Of a DNA stretch of 64,000 nt, positions 55,860-64,000 are shown piece by piece. The notes under the pieces were generated by a model. It was given only the letters and a program-made list of their open reading frames with translations. It was not told the origin of the DNA and searched no databases. The stretch's first letter is position 1, and each line of letters opens with the position of its first letter. The position numbers were made by a program, and so were the translations under genes. The stretch lies in the NCBI GenBank assembly GCA_013694995.1, contig JACDBH010000004.1, positions 256,995-320,994 on the forward strand. The letters are read 5' to 3'. This DNA is from Candidatus Saccharimonadota bacterium (GTDB lineage Bacteria > Patescibacteriota > Saccharimonadia > Saccharimonadales > JACDBH01).

Positions 55860-57070
55860 TAGACTTCAACGCCTTTTTCGCTCAGACGGTAGCGGACATC
55901 ATGCCACGTGTTCATGAAATTCATAAAAGCTTCGTAAGGTGACTCGTACGGACTAAAATAGGCATGAACATCGCCATCATTAAACCATTTGGTACACATA
56001 TAATAAAAATGATCCGACGTAGTTAATTTTCGCCAATCATTAATAAGACCTGCATCATTTGTTTCAAGAACTTGTGTTTCTAAATCGTACAGAGCTTTAA
56101 TGGCCTGTGTCTGCATGTTATTACCAAGCCAGGCGGTTAAGTCACGCTCTGTGTCGGCCCAGGTGACAGTTTGCGGCATATCGACTTTATCGACTGGTTC
56201 ATTGGCATCAATCACTTCACTGACAGTCATAAACGTGTGGTTTTCATCCTTTAACCACTCAACAGGTAAATTTGATAGGAAATCAAAGATTCCGGTATCT
56301 GACCACTGATGCTCGCCAAAAGTTTCGTAATCCATAAATAGGTTGAAATTTGTAGCTTCACCAGCCTCATTTAGCCAGTGCGTATATTTTTCGGCAGTTA
56401 GCGGCCATTCCGACCACGACTTATTACCGAACCGGAAAGCAATGTCATCACTTAATTTGTAGTTTTTTAATAACAACCGGATGTTGTCGGTACAACTTGG
56501 TTCATAAACGAAATTAGGGGATCGCCACCCCAAAACCGGATCCCAACCTTCGGTTAAGATACCTTTATAGCCGGATTTATCTGCCCAGTAGGCAAGGTCG
56601 TTATTATATGCTAACTCGGTATTGCGAAACACTTGGGGTGTTTGGCCAAAAACGGACTGTATTTTACTGCGATGCATTTCAACTTGCTGTTCAAATTCGT
56701 TTCGAGAATAAAAGAACGCCAGCGAGTGATAATAGGTTTCGGCTACTATTTCAACTCGACCCGTGTCGGTTAGAGCCTTAAAAGAGGCTAGTACATCTGG
56801 CGCCCATTGCTCGAACTGTTCAATTACGATACCGGTTATCGATAAACTAAGACGGAACTCAGGGTATTTATTGAGTAACTCTAAGAATATTTTATTAGCA
56901 GGTAAGTAAGATTTTTCAACGACTTTCCGTAGAACTTTTTGATTGTTAGTATCACTTTCATAATCAGCGTCAAAATAATTATGGTTGTGCCCGCTGTCAA
57001 AAATTGAGTAATGCCTAATACGATAAGGTTGATGGACATGTAAGTAAAGCACTATGGCTTTTTTACTCAT
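55859..57070 (-). CDS. glycoside hydrolase family 57 protein (alpha-amylase / alpha-glucan-processing enzyme)
   Basis: N-terminal LYLHVHQPYR signature and GH57-like core. 403 aa. Confidence 0.82.
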   Translation of the reverse strand: MSKKAIVLYLHVHQPYRIRHYSIFDSGHNHNYFDADYESDTNNQKVLRKVVEKSYLPANKIFLELLNKYPEFRLSLSITGIVIEQFEQWAPDVLASFKALTDTGRVEIVAETYYHSLAFFYSRNEFEQQVEMHRSKIQSVFGQTPQVFRNTELAYNNDLAYWADKSGYKGILTEGWDPVLGWRSPNFVYEPSCTDNIRLLLKNYKLSDDIAFRFGNKSWSEWPLTAEKYTHWLNEAGEATNFNLFMDYETFGEHQWSDTGIFDFLSNLPVEWLKDENHTFMTVSEVIDANEPVDKVDMPQTVTWADTERDLTAWLGNNMQTQAIKALYDLETQVLETNDAGLINDWRKLTTSDHFYYMCTKWFNDGDVHAYFSPYESPYEAFMNFMNTWHDVRYRLSEKGVEV

Positions 57071-58287
57071 ACGGACACCTCACTTAACTGCGTAGCATGA
57101 TGTTTATACCAGACTAACAACTTATCAGCAGCCGGATGCCATGACAGCTGTTCATACTCTTTGTAGGCATTTATTTTGAGTTCATCCCTCAAGGCGTCAT
57201 TTTTAACGACGCTAATAATCTGACTGGCCATATCATCTACATCCCAGCAATCAACTTTTAAACAATTACGGAATATTTCTGCCACCCCAGACTGACGGCT
57301 GATGAGCGATGGTGTGCCATAGCCGGCGGCCTCCAAAGGCGTGAGACCAAAAGGCTCTGAGGTGGAGGGCATAATAAATAAATCACCAATTGCAAAACTG
57401 TCGCGCCAATTTTTACCTCGTAAAAAACCTGTAAAAATAATGTTTTTGCTAATACCTAGTTCAGCTGCTAGCTCCACTAGTTCATAATATTGCTCACCGG
57501 AACCTACAATCAAAAACAAAGTTTTAGGCGACTTTTCGATGACCTTTCGAGCAGCATGCAATAGGTTAGTTAAACCTTTTTGAATAGTAAGCCGACCGAT
57601 GTTAACAACTACTTTGTAGCCCTGAGCTTGCATGGCACTTAAATACTTATGAATTGTCTCTTTTTCGCGGGCTTCAACCATATCAAGGTCCAGGCTGTTA
57701 TAAACTACGTCGATTTTGTCATATGGGATGTCATACTCCCTAACTATGGCTTCTTTAGTGAATTGACTCACGGCAATTATACGATCGGCCATCAAGAAGC
57801 TAGTGGCCTCAATTTCCCTTACTAGAGTGTTTCCGCCCCCTGGAGTGCCGGCGCGATCAGCTTCTATGGAATGTACATGTACAATCAGCGGCTTGCCAGA
57901 AATGTCACGGGCGCGCATGCCAGCTCGAAACGTTAGCCAGTCATGGGCGTGAATGATATCAAAATCTAGCATAGGTATTATTTTTCCGACAGAAGTTTCA
58001 TAAGCAGACTGTTGGTCGAAAATACTAAACCACTCTTCATGACCGTCTTCAAAGATATATTTGTGACTGTCATAGGCGATACCGCTCTTTAAAATTGAAG
58101 TTACACCCTGCGGATGGGCAGCCCGGATCTTCATAAACTCTGTTTTTGAAAAGTCAGCGGTATAAGGTAGAACAAATTCAATGCCAACACCTTTTTGTGA
58201 GAGGGCTTTGCATAGCTGGTAGCATGCAACGCCTAAGCCACCGCTGTTGTGAGGCGGGAGTTCCCAGCCTAGCATCAATACGTTCAT
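57067..58287 (-). CDS. GT-B glycosyltransferase, glycogen/alpha-glucan synthase-like (GT4/GT5)
   Basis: N-terminal GWELPPHNSGGLGVA and C-terminal EPFGLTPLEAAGYGTP (E-x7-E). Overlaps the GH57 start by 4 nt. Confidence 0.8.
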   Translation of the reverse strand: MNVLMLGWELPPHNSGGLGVACYQLCKALSQKGVGIEFVLPYTADFSKTEFMKIRAAHPQGVTSILKSGIAYDSHKYIFEDGHEEWFSIFDQQSAYETSVGKIIPMLDFDIIHAHDWLTFRAGMRARDISGKPLIVHVHSIEADRAGTPGGGNTLVREIEATSFLMADRIIAVSQFTKEAIVREYDIPYDKIDVVYNSLDLDMVEAREKETIHKYLSAMQAQGYKVVVNIGRLTIQKGLTNLLHAARKVIEKSPKTLFLIVGSGEQYYELVELAAELGISKNIIFTGFLRGKNWRDSFAIGDLFIMPSTSEPFGLTPLEAAGYGTPSLISRQSGVAEIFRNCLKVDCWDVDDMASQIISVVKNDALRDELKINAYKEYEQLSWHPAADKLLVWYKHHATQLSEVSV

Positions 58288-58374
58288 TTTCCCTACAAAA
58301 TTTTAATTTTAATTACCTACTATTATACCGAGCGTAAGCGGAATAGTACAACACTTTTAACAAGGTGGTTTTTA

Positions 58375-58407
58375 ATATTGTAGATTTAGCTAATAAATCT
58401 ACAATAT
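58375..58407. repeat. perfect 13-bp inverted repeat (ATATTGTAGATTT-agctaat-AAATCTACAATAT) spanning the zwf stop codon
   Basis: Read directly. No U-tract follows on the minus strand. Confidence 0.75.
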
Positions 58408-59820
58408 TTTCCAGGACTCAGGCAGTTTTGGGCCTTGGCTACCGCTACTATATGCATTTAGGCCATCGCTAGCCTTGGACCATTCATTCAGTACCGGTTG
58501 TACAATCCGCCAGGACTGCATAACTTCATCACTAGTTGCAAAAAGCGTATGGTCGCCACGAACAGCATCAACCAGCACTCGTTCGTAGGCATCAGGATGA
58601 CCCTCCGCATTGAATGTTCGCTTGTAGCTAAAATCCATCTCGGCAGGTTGTATTTCGGTACTATATCCAGGTTTTTTTACTCTTAAGCTGAGCTCAATCC
58701 CTTCGTCAGGCTGCAACCTGAAAGTAAGGATATTATGATGAGGCGCAAGATCAGTCGGCTTAAAAACAATTCTGATTTTGGTACTTTTTTCGCTTAAGCC
58801 CTTACCAGTACGGACTATAAATGGCACACCAGCCCATCGTTTGTTGGTTATTTGTAGCCTCAAGGCGGCATAAGTTTCAGTGTTGCTCTTCGAATTATCG
58901 ACTTCTTGAAGATAAGTATCATATTGGCCTCTTACACTATCAGCTACCACCTTGTTGGGGGGTACTGCTTGGATTTCTGCCATTAATTTTACTTTACTTT
59001 GGTGTAATGATTCGCTGCTATTTTCATCCGGTTGTTCCATTGCAACCAACGCTAGTACCTGCAACAAATGGCTCTGTATTAGGTCGCGTAGCGCTCCGAT
59101 TTGTTCATAAAATTTAACTCGTCCCTCTATGCCAATTTTTTCATTAGCCATTACTTCTATATAATCAATATGTTTCGAGTTCCATAGAGGTTGAAAAATT
59201 GGGTTACTAAAGCGGAAAGACAAAATATTCTGGACTGTTTCTTTTGCAAGGTAATGGTCTATACGAAAAATCTGATCTTCTTTAAAATATTTTTTAGTCT
59301 CATCCATTAATTCCTGCGAGGATTTATAATCGTAACCGAAGGGTTTTTCGCTTAAAAGCCGCGACTTAGCTTTATTATGTTGACAGCTTTTATTCAATCC
59401 GTGTTTACCTAAAAATGAAATGATAGGTTGGGAAACATTTGGAGGGATGGATAAATAAAACAGTCGGTTCATACATACTTTAAAGCTATCTTCGATGGCG
59501 TTTAACTCTTCTAGTAGGCTTTCGTATTCGCTACTTTTAGTTACTTCCATTTTACGTAGCCGTAACTTCTTTTTAAGTTTCTGAACAGCCACCGGATCGC
59601 AAATTCCGTCCTTTTCATTAACACACAGTTCAATTGTGGCTAGTAGCTCATTCATGCTCATTTGTCCACGGGTTACACCTATGATTTCGGTTTTATCATG
59701 TAACAAATCATTTTTGACCAAATGATAAAGTGCAGGCAAGAGTTTACGTTTCGCAAGATCTCCGGTTATTCCAAAGATAACGATGATTGCAGGCTCCAGT
59801 TTAGGTGCTGTATGTTCCAT
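58399..59820 (-). CDS. zwf: glucose-6-phosphate 1-dehydrogenase
   Basis: N-terminal IFGITGDLAKRKLLPALY and the RIDHYLAKE active-site motif. 473 aa. Confidence 0.93.
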   Translation of the reverse strand: MEHTAPKLEPAIIVIFGITGDLAKRKLLPALYHLVKNDLLHDKTEIIGVTRGQMSMNELLATIELCVNEKDGICDPVAVQKLKKKLRLRKMEVTKSSEYESLLEELNAIEDSFKVCMNRLFYLSIPPNVSQPIISFLGKHGLNKSCQHNKAKSRLLSEKPFGYDYKSSQELMDETKKYFKEDQIFRIDHYLAKETVQNILSFRFSNPIFQPLWNSKHIDYIEVMANEKIGIEGRVKFYEQIGALRDLIQSHLLQVLALVAMEQPDENSSESLHQSKVKLMAEIQAVPPNKVVADSVRGQYDTYLQEVDNSKSNTETYAALRLQITNKRWAGVPFIVRTGKGLSEKSTKIRIVFKPTDLAPHHNILTFRLQPDEGIELSLRVKKPGYSTEIQPAEMDFSYKRTFNAEGHPDAYERVLVDAVRGDHTLFATSDEVMQSWRIVQPVLNEWSKASDGLNAYSSGSQGPKLPESWKIL

Positions 59821-60728
59821 TATTGATCCTTATTAATAGTGTGTCCGCCGAACTTATTGCGCATAGCCGCTAAAAGTTTGGTCGTAAAACTAGTTTGGCC
59901 TTGCTGGCTGGCTAAACGAACATCAAAAGCAGCCTGGATTGATGGCATTGGAATTTCCATTGTTTTGGCAGTTTCCAGTGCCCAGCGAGCTTCCCCGGAT
60001 TCAGCAACATAGCCTTCGATTTCCTTTAGATCAGGGCTTTCCTTTAAAGCCTCGAGAGATAATTCATTTAACCAAGATGTTATCACGCTGTGATGCTGCC
60101 AGACCTCACCAGCGGCAGCCAGGTCCAAATCTTTATAAGGACCTTCTTTAAGCATTCGATATCCTTCCGCTAAAGATTCCATCATTCCGTATTCAATGGC
60201 ATTGTGGGTCATCTTGACGAAATGCCCGGCTCCACTCGGCCCAAAATGATAATATGCGCCTTCGGGTGCAGTGAGAGTTTTAAAAATTAGTTCAACTGAC
60301 TTAAAGCTTGCCTGGTCACCGCCAGCCATGATAGAAAAACCATTATCATAACCCCAGATCCCGCCGCTAGTACCGGCGTCAAGTAAAGTCGATCCAGCTT
60401 TAGCTACTCTCTCGGCCCTCACACTGGTCAATCGATAATCCGAATTACCTCCGTCAATAAAAATGCTTCCTTTTGGTGCTACCTGCAGCCATTCATCTAT
60501 GTGCATGTAAATAATATCGGCTGGAAGCATAATCCAAACTATGAGTGTTTGGTCATTAAAAGCATTAATAACGTCGGACTTCTCATATGCAGCAACTGCT
60601 CCGTAGCCTACTGCCTCTTCTATTTTGTCGTGGCTGCGGTTATGGGCAATAACTTCATGCCCGCCTTCGCTTAATTTGCGAGCTATCTGCATACCCATTC
60701 GCCCCAGTCCTTGAATTGCAATTTTCAT
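59820..60728 (-). CDS. gnd: 6-phosphogluconate dehydrogenase (decarboxylating), short ~300-aa form
   Basis: N-terminal Rossmann fold IAIQGLGRMGMQIA and a 6PGD C-terminal domain (HFVKMTHNAIEYGMM). Confidence 0.88.
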   Translation of the reverse strand: MKIAIQGLGRMGMQIARKLSEGGHEVIAHNRSHDKIEEAVGYGAVAAYEKSDVINAFNDQTLIVWIMLPADIIYMHIDEWLQVAPKGSIFIDGGNSDYRLTSVRAERVAKAGSTLLDAGTSGGIWGYDNGFSIMAGGDQASFKSVELIFKTLTAPEGAYYHFGPSGAGHFVKMTHNAIEYGMMESLAEGYRMLKEGPYKDLDLAAAGEVWQHHSVITSWLNELSLEALKESPDLKEIEGYVAESGEARWALETAKTMEIPMPSIQAAFDVRLASQQGQTSFTTKLLAAMRNKFGGHTINKDQ

Positions 60729-61387
60729 ACCGTTTCTCCTATCTGGTCGTTAAAAATATCAGTTTCTGGAATTGAGCGCAAAATCTGAGCTGGCTGTTTG
60801 TTAAGTGGCAAATGCTTATCGCGGAGATTAAGCAGCGCCGGTTTTTTCTCTCGGCCGAATGCACCCAAAAACGCATGGGTGACTTTTTGCAGCGCAACTG
60901 AAGTCAGGGTAATTCTTTGCAGGTCGCCCGCATCATATCCCGCAACAAGCCTTTTACTAAAAACAGCAGGAGACCGAGGTAATATCCCGGCTATATGCCC
61001 ATCGGCTCCGAGGCCAAAAAATGAAATGACAACTTTATGGGTATTAAATAGCTCCTGCATGTAAGTATTTGCGTCCATTACAGTTTCCTGAAAGGATTTT
61101 CCAGTGAGTATATTTTTAAAAACCGCGCCCCGGCTATCAAAACCCGCCTTAATAAGCTGCGTGTAATTTGAATTCTTGTGGCCGGATTTTCCATATCTTT
61201 CGTCTGTTAATGCTATTGTCAGGTTTTTTATATAGGTACGCGGCAGGTCAGTCATGATCCGACTGGCAATTGGTATATTGGATCCGCCGGGGACTAGCCA
61301 TAATACTCTATGCTGTCCAGCAGCTCGCAAGGCGTCGCCCAGAGCAGTTTCTAGCGCAACCGTTCCCTTAACCCGAATAAATCGCAT
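60725..61387 (-). CDS. pgl: 6-phosphogluconolactonase
   Basis: GLGADGHIAGILP motif. 220 aa. Overlaps the gnd start by 4 nt. Confidence 0.82.
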   Translation of the reverse strand: MRFIRVKGTVALETALGDALRAAGQHRVLWLVPGGSNIPIASRIMTDLPRTYIKNLTIALTDERYGKSGHKNSNYTQLIKAGFDSRGAVFKNILTGKSFQETVMDANTYMQELFNTHKVVISFFGLGADGHIAGILPRSPAVFSKRLVAGYDAGDLQRITLTSVALQKVTHAFLGAFGREKKPALLNLRDKHLPLNKQPAQILRSIPETDIFNDQIGETV

Positions 61388-61425
61388 ACGTGTATTTTAC
61401 TCCTTTCTGCTATTGCACGTAAGCG

Positions 61426-61431
61426 TATAAT
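61426..61431 (+). promoter_or_regulatory. candidate -10 box TATAAT, 6 nt upstream of the ATG at 61438
   Basis: gcgTATAATgcaactATG, with no Shine-Dalgarno. Confidence 0.35.
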
Positions 61432-61437
61432 GCAACT

Positions 61438-61836
61438 ATGGCAGGGTATTCCGGTAAACCCCTTATCGATAAGCTGGGCCTGCGATACGGCCAGCTAGTG
61501 TATTTTAGAAACGCCCCAAAAGAGTATTTCTCAGAACTTGGTAAATTGCCGGCAGGAATTTTTGTAGCAAAAAAGTTAAACCGGCCTATGGATTTTATGC
61601 ATTTTTTTTATACTGAAAGTAGAGAATTGCAGAAAGATACGCTTTTATTCAAACAGTATTTAGTTGAAGGCGGAATCCTGTGGGTCAGTTGGCCGAAAAA
61701 AGCTAGCAATGTAAAAACCGACATTAGTGAACAAACATTGCGCGATATCTTACTACCACACAATTTAATAGATATCAAAGTAGTGGCCATTTCCGATGTT
61801 TGGAGCGGCTTAAAGTTTGTCTGGCGCAAGAGCTAA
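61438..61836 (+). CDS. hypothetical protein (resembles the DUF3052-type family: AGYSGKPL..KLG...WVSWPKKAS...WSGLKFV)
   Basis: 132-aa ORF. Family assignment is from memory of conserved motifs only. Confidence 0.6.
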   Translation: MAGYSGKPLIDKLGLRYGQLVYFRNAPKEYFSELGKLPAGIFVAKKLNRPMDFMHFFYTESRELQKDTLLFKQYLVEGGILWVSWPKKASNVKTDISEQTLRDILLPHNLIDIKVVAISDVWSGLKFVWRKS

Positions 61837-63224
61837 ACGTCTCTAACGTTACCAAATGCAATACGGTCGATAATTTCTCCCTGCATATCTAGCATGGTTG
61901 CTGGAGTAATGACAAATTCGCCGTAACGGTTGTTAATCTCGTCAACTGCATCGGAAATGTGGCGTTCGGCCGCAAAACTGCGTTCGTTATTTAGTAGGCT
62001 CAGCTGTTCCGGGTCAGCTGGAGCAAGATCAAAGGTGGTGATGCTCATACCCCGGACTTTGCTATATAGCTCCGCCCGAGCCAGTATACTTTTTGCAGCT
62101 CTATATACGCTCTCTGTGCTATACAGCCGGTAACCGACTTTCTCGCCATGGTGCCAGGCTGTTTTACTTTTTAAATTTTCACCACCTATAAAGCCGTTAT
62201 CCTTGTGGCCGTATTCCTGGTAGCTCATAAAGCTAAAGTACAGGTGTATTCCCCCAGCCGTCAGGCCTTCTTTTCGTAGTCTACGCCCAACCTTTTCGCA
62301 CAATTTCATCAGTAACCGTGCCAACTCATCACGATCAGCAGTTTTATGAGGCAGGGCATACTGATGGCCGATCTGGCCGCGTCTGCTCTCGAATTTATCA
62401 ATCTCATATCCGCGCAGCCTGAGGTACCAGTAATAGCCCACGATGCTCTTAAACACTACCTTTTCTAAAACCCTTCGTTCGGCGTGCAAGAAATCGAGTG
62501 GCGTCATAATGCCGTATTCCTGCAACCGGCGGCGGTAACGGACATTAATGCCCGGCAAATCCGTAATATCCATACCGTAGTATGTTTGCTCTAGGTTAGT
62601 ATGATCAATCCGCCGCATACCATCTGGCTTACCAAAGCCAGCCGCAAACTTAGCTAAAAAGCGGTTGGGTCCAATGCCAACGTTTACGGTCACGGCTTCG
62701 CCCAGGCGTTCGCGAATCTTGTCTTTAATTTCACGACCAATTTCTTCCATAGCCATACCCACCACCTCACCCTTACTTTGTTTCCAAGACCTGGTCTTGG
62801 AAATGGAGGGATTATGTTGTAGTTGCATTTTTTCGACGTAGTGGCGTAGGACAGGAGAGTTGTTAAGATTAAGGACGAACTCGTCGATACTTTTGGGCAC
62901 TACCTCACTGGTATATTCCAGCATTAGTTCTTTAAAGCGAAGATGTGCCTCGCGGTATTTGCTTGGATCTGGCGTCAAAATAATAATGCCCGGGCACATC
63001 TGTCGCGCTTCCTGAACGTTTACGCCCAGTTTTACACCCAAACGCTTGGCTTCATAGCTTGCCGCCAGCACAAAACCACGTGGGGTAGCATAAGCCGCCA
63101 CGCCCACCAGCTTGCCGCGCAACAAACGATTACCCTGCTGCTCAATAATCGCAAAACAGGAATTAAGGTCAATATGCATAACCTGCGGCTCAGCAGTGCT
63201 AATCGGCAAATCGGGTGGTTTCAT
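61833..63224 (-). CDS. Y-family (UmuC/DinB-type) translesion DNA polymerase
   Basis: HIDLNSCFAIIEQ (catalytic Asp region), ASYEAKRLGVKLG, SIDEFVLNL motif, little-finger-like C-terminus. 463 aa. Confidence 0.88.
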   Translation of the reverse strand: MKPPDLPISTAEPQVMHIDLNSCFAIIEQQGNRLLRGKLVGVAAYATPRGFVLAASYEAKRLGVKLGVNVQEARQMCPGIIILTPDPSKYREAHLRFKELMLEYTSEVVPKSIDEFVLNLNNSPVLRHYVEKMQLQHNPSISKTRSWKQSKGEVVGMAMEEIGREIKDKIRERLGEAVTVNVGIGPNRFLAKFAAGFGKPDGMRRIDHTNLEQTYYGMDITDLPGINVRYRRRLQEYGIMTPLDFLHAERRVLEKVVFKSIVGYYWYLRLRGYEIDKFESRRGQIGHQYALPHKTADRDELARLLMKLCEKVGRRLRKEGLTAGGIHLYFSFMSYQEYGHKDNGFIGGENLKSKTAWHHGEKVGYRLYSTESVYRAAKSILARAELYSKVRGMSITTFDLAPADPEQLSLLNNERSFAAERHISDAVDEINNRYGEFVITPATMLDMQGEIIDRIAFGNVRDV

Positions 63225-63229
63225 ATTAG

Positions 63230-63394
63230 CTACAAAGACTGCCGAGCATGCGTTATTAGCTCATTAAGGTACAGAACCGGCTGCGAAGAGGCTTGATATG
63301 CTTGAGCCAGCCGCTGCTCAGCTAGCTCCTGCCGCATAGCGGCAAGGATTTTCCGGACTTCCTCGCGCTGCTTGCGTTTACGTCGGTTTCTCAT
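63230..63394 (-). CDS. hypothetical small basic helical protein (54 aa)
   Basis: MRNRRKRKQREEVRKILAAMRQELAEQRLAQAY... The ATG overlaps the upstream stop (ATGA). The gene ends 5 nt before the polymerase ATG. Confidence 0.5.
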   Translation of the reverse strand: MRNRRKRKQREEVRKILAAMRQELAEQRLAQAYQASSQPVLYLNELITHARQSL

Positions 63395-63684
63395 GCTTCT
63401 ATCCTCCTGTACTCGATGGCCATATCCTGGGCTGTCATATATTCTTCCAGCACCCACTGCAGACTATCCGTGTTCAAGGCAAGCTTAAAGTACACCCCGC
63501 CACCTTTATCGGCTATAGAAAAGTGATGGATCTGGTGCTTGCCACTCCACGTCTTGTGCCAAAAGTCGATTTTGCCCAAATGGTAATCCTGATTATTCCA
63601 AGTTAGAATATGCGGTTGCATATGACGGAGTTTGGCATTGTAATACCACACAATGCTCACAGGCTCCTCAAGTGACTCCCTCAT
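63391..63684 (-). CDS. hypothetical protein, paralogue B of a tandem pair upstream of the Y-family polymerase
   Basis: 97 aa. Shares LTWN-x-x-DY-x-LG-x3-FW...IHH...L-x-W-x-L with ORF 63681..63998. ATGA overlap with that ORF. Confidence 0.65.
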   Translation of the reverse strand: MRESLEEPVSIVWYYNAKLRHMQPHILTWNNQDYHLGKIDFWHKTWSGKHQIHHFSIADKGGGVYFKLALNTDSLQWVLEEYMTAQDMAIEYRRIEA

Positions 63685-63998
63685 GATGTCACCCCCAAGA
63701 ACTGGCGGCCCAGCCCAAAACCATTAGAAGTTGTCTTAGTGGCTTTATCTAAACTCCAGGTTAAGTTTTCGGTTTCTAAAGAAAGCTCAAAGGTATAGTC
63801 GCCATTTGCATCACCAACACAGTAGTGGTGGATTAGGGTGCCATTGCGGCGCTCGGCGTACCAGAACTGCACGCCGCCCAAAGGATAATCTTCATCGTTC
63901 CAAGTCAAACACACAGGCCGGGCATACTGGTCACGGCCATTGAAAGAAAATAACACATCGACTAGGGTTTTGTTTTCAAAAGAGAGATTATTACGCAT
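63681..63998 (-). CDS. hypothetical protein, paralogue A of the tandem pair
   Basis: 105 aa. The start codon lies 2 nt from the window edge, so the upstream region is not visible. Confidence 0.6.
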   Translation of the reverse strand: MRNNLSFENKTLVDVLFSFNGRDQYARPVCLTWNDEDYPLGGVQFWYAERRNGTLIHHYCVGDANGDYTFELSLETENLTWSLDKATKTTSNGFGLGRQFLGVTS

Positions 63999-64000
63999 AT

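Noticed and set aside
58375-58407. The 13-bp inverted repeat as a canonical intrinsic terminator for zwf
   Set aside because: On the transcribed minus strand the stem is followed by TAAAAACC rather than a U-tract. It is kept as an inverted repeat of unknown role.
1-64000. Alternative genetic code (UGA recoding, as in some CPR lineages)
   Set aside because: Conserved genes are full length under the standard code, and TGA is used as a genuine stop (for example tig at 16927-16929 and radA at 4971-4973).
1-64000. CRISPR arrays, transposases, integrases, phage or defence-system genes
   Set aside because: I recognised none. The only repeats are very short (14-bp x2.6, 7-bp x4, 12-bp direct pair). 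All large ORFs are housekeeping or metabolic.

Overview
This 64-kb window is a core chromosomal segment of a small-genome bacterium. Gene content and order look like a Candidate Phyla Radiation lineage, probably Saccharibacteria/TM7-like. That assignment is inferred from gene order, the missing L30 gene and the protein sequences; no database search was possible. The standard genetic code applies, since TGA is used as a stop at tig and radA. Order along the window: clpC, an HExxH membrane protein, radA, PBP1A (minus strand), tyrS, a SAM methyltransferase, recG, a hypothetical, rsmD, tRNA-Leu, hisS, tig, a hypothetical, clpP, rpoB-rpoC, the str operon (rpsL-rpsG-fusA-tuf), the S10/spc/alpha ribosomal-protein superoperon (rpsJ through rplQ, with secY, infA, rpmJ and rpoA), rplM-rpsI, trpS, an RluA-family pseudouridine synthase, holB, a TPR protein, a VOC-fold protein, tRNA-Tyr, two tRNA-Thr, and rpmG. 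A minus-strand carbohydrate block follows: a GT / GH57 / GH15 glycogen-type operon plus pgl-gnd-zwf. The window ends with a Y-family DNA polymerase operon. I found no rRNA, CRISPR array, transposase, integrase or recognisable defence gene. The points worth a second look are: (1) a tightly overlapping four-gene operon at the 3' edge pairing a UmuC-like polymerase with two tandem paralogous ~100-aa proteins of unrecognised family and a 54-aa basic protein; (2) family-less small ORFs wedged into normally contiguous translation operons (after rpsG, after fusA, on both sides of rpsJ, between tig and clpP), including a CxxC paralogue pair and a Gly/Ala-rich hydrophobic paralogue pair, with rpsJ separated from rplC by ~1.1 kb; (3) a leader-peptide attenuator-like element upstream of the trpS transcription unit; (4) a recurrent AGG-TATAMT motif 6-8 nt upstream of many start codons, suggesting leaderless transcripts; (5) a 12-bp duplication of the tRNA-Tyr 3' end bracketing a single VOC gene. 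All functional readings of the novel ORFs are inference and need homology or structure searches that I cannot run.
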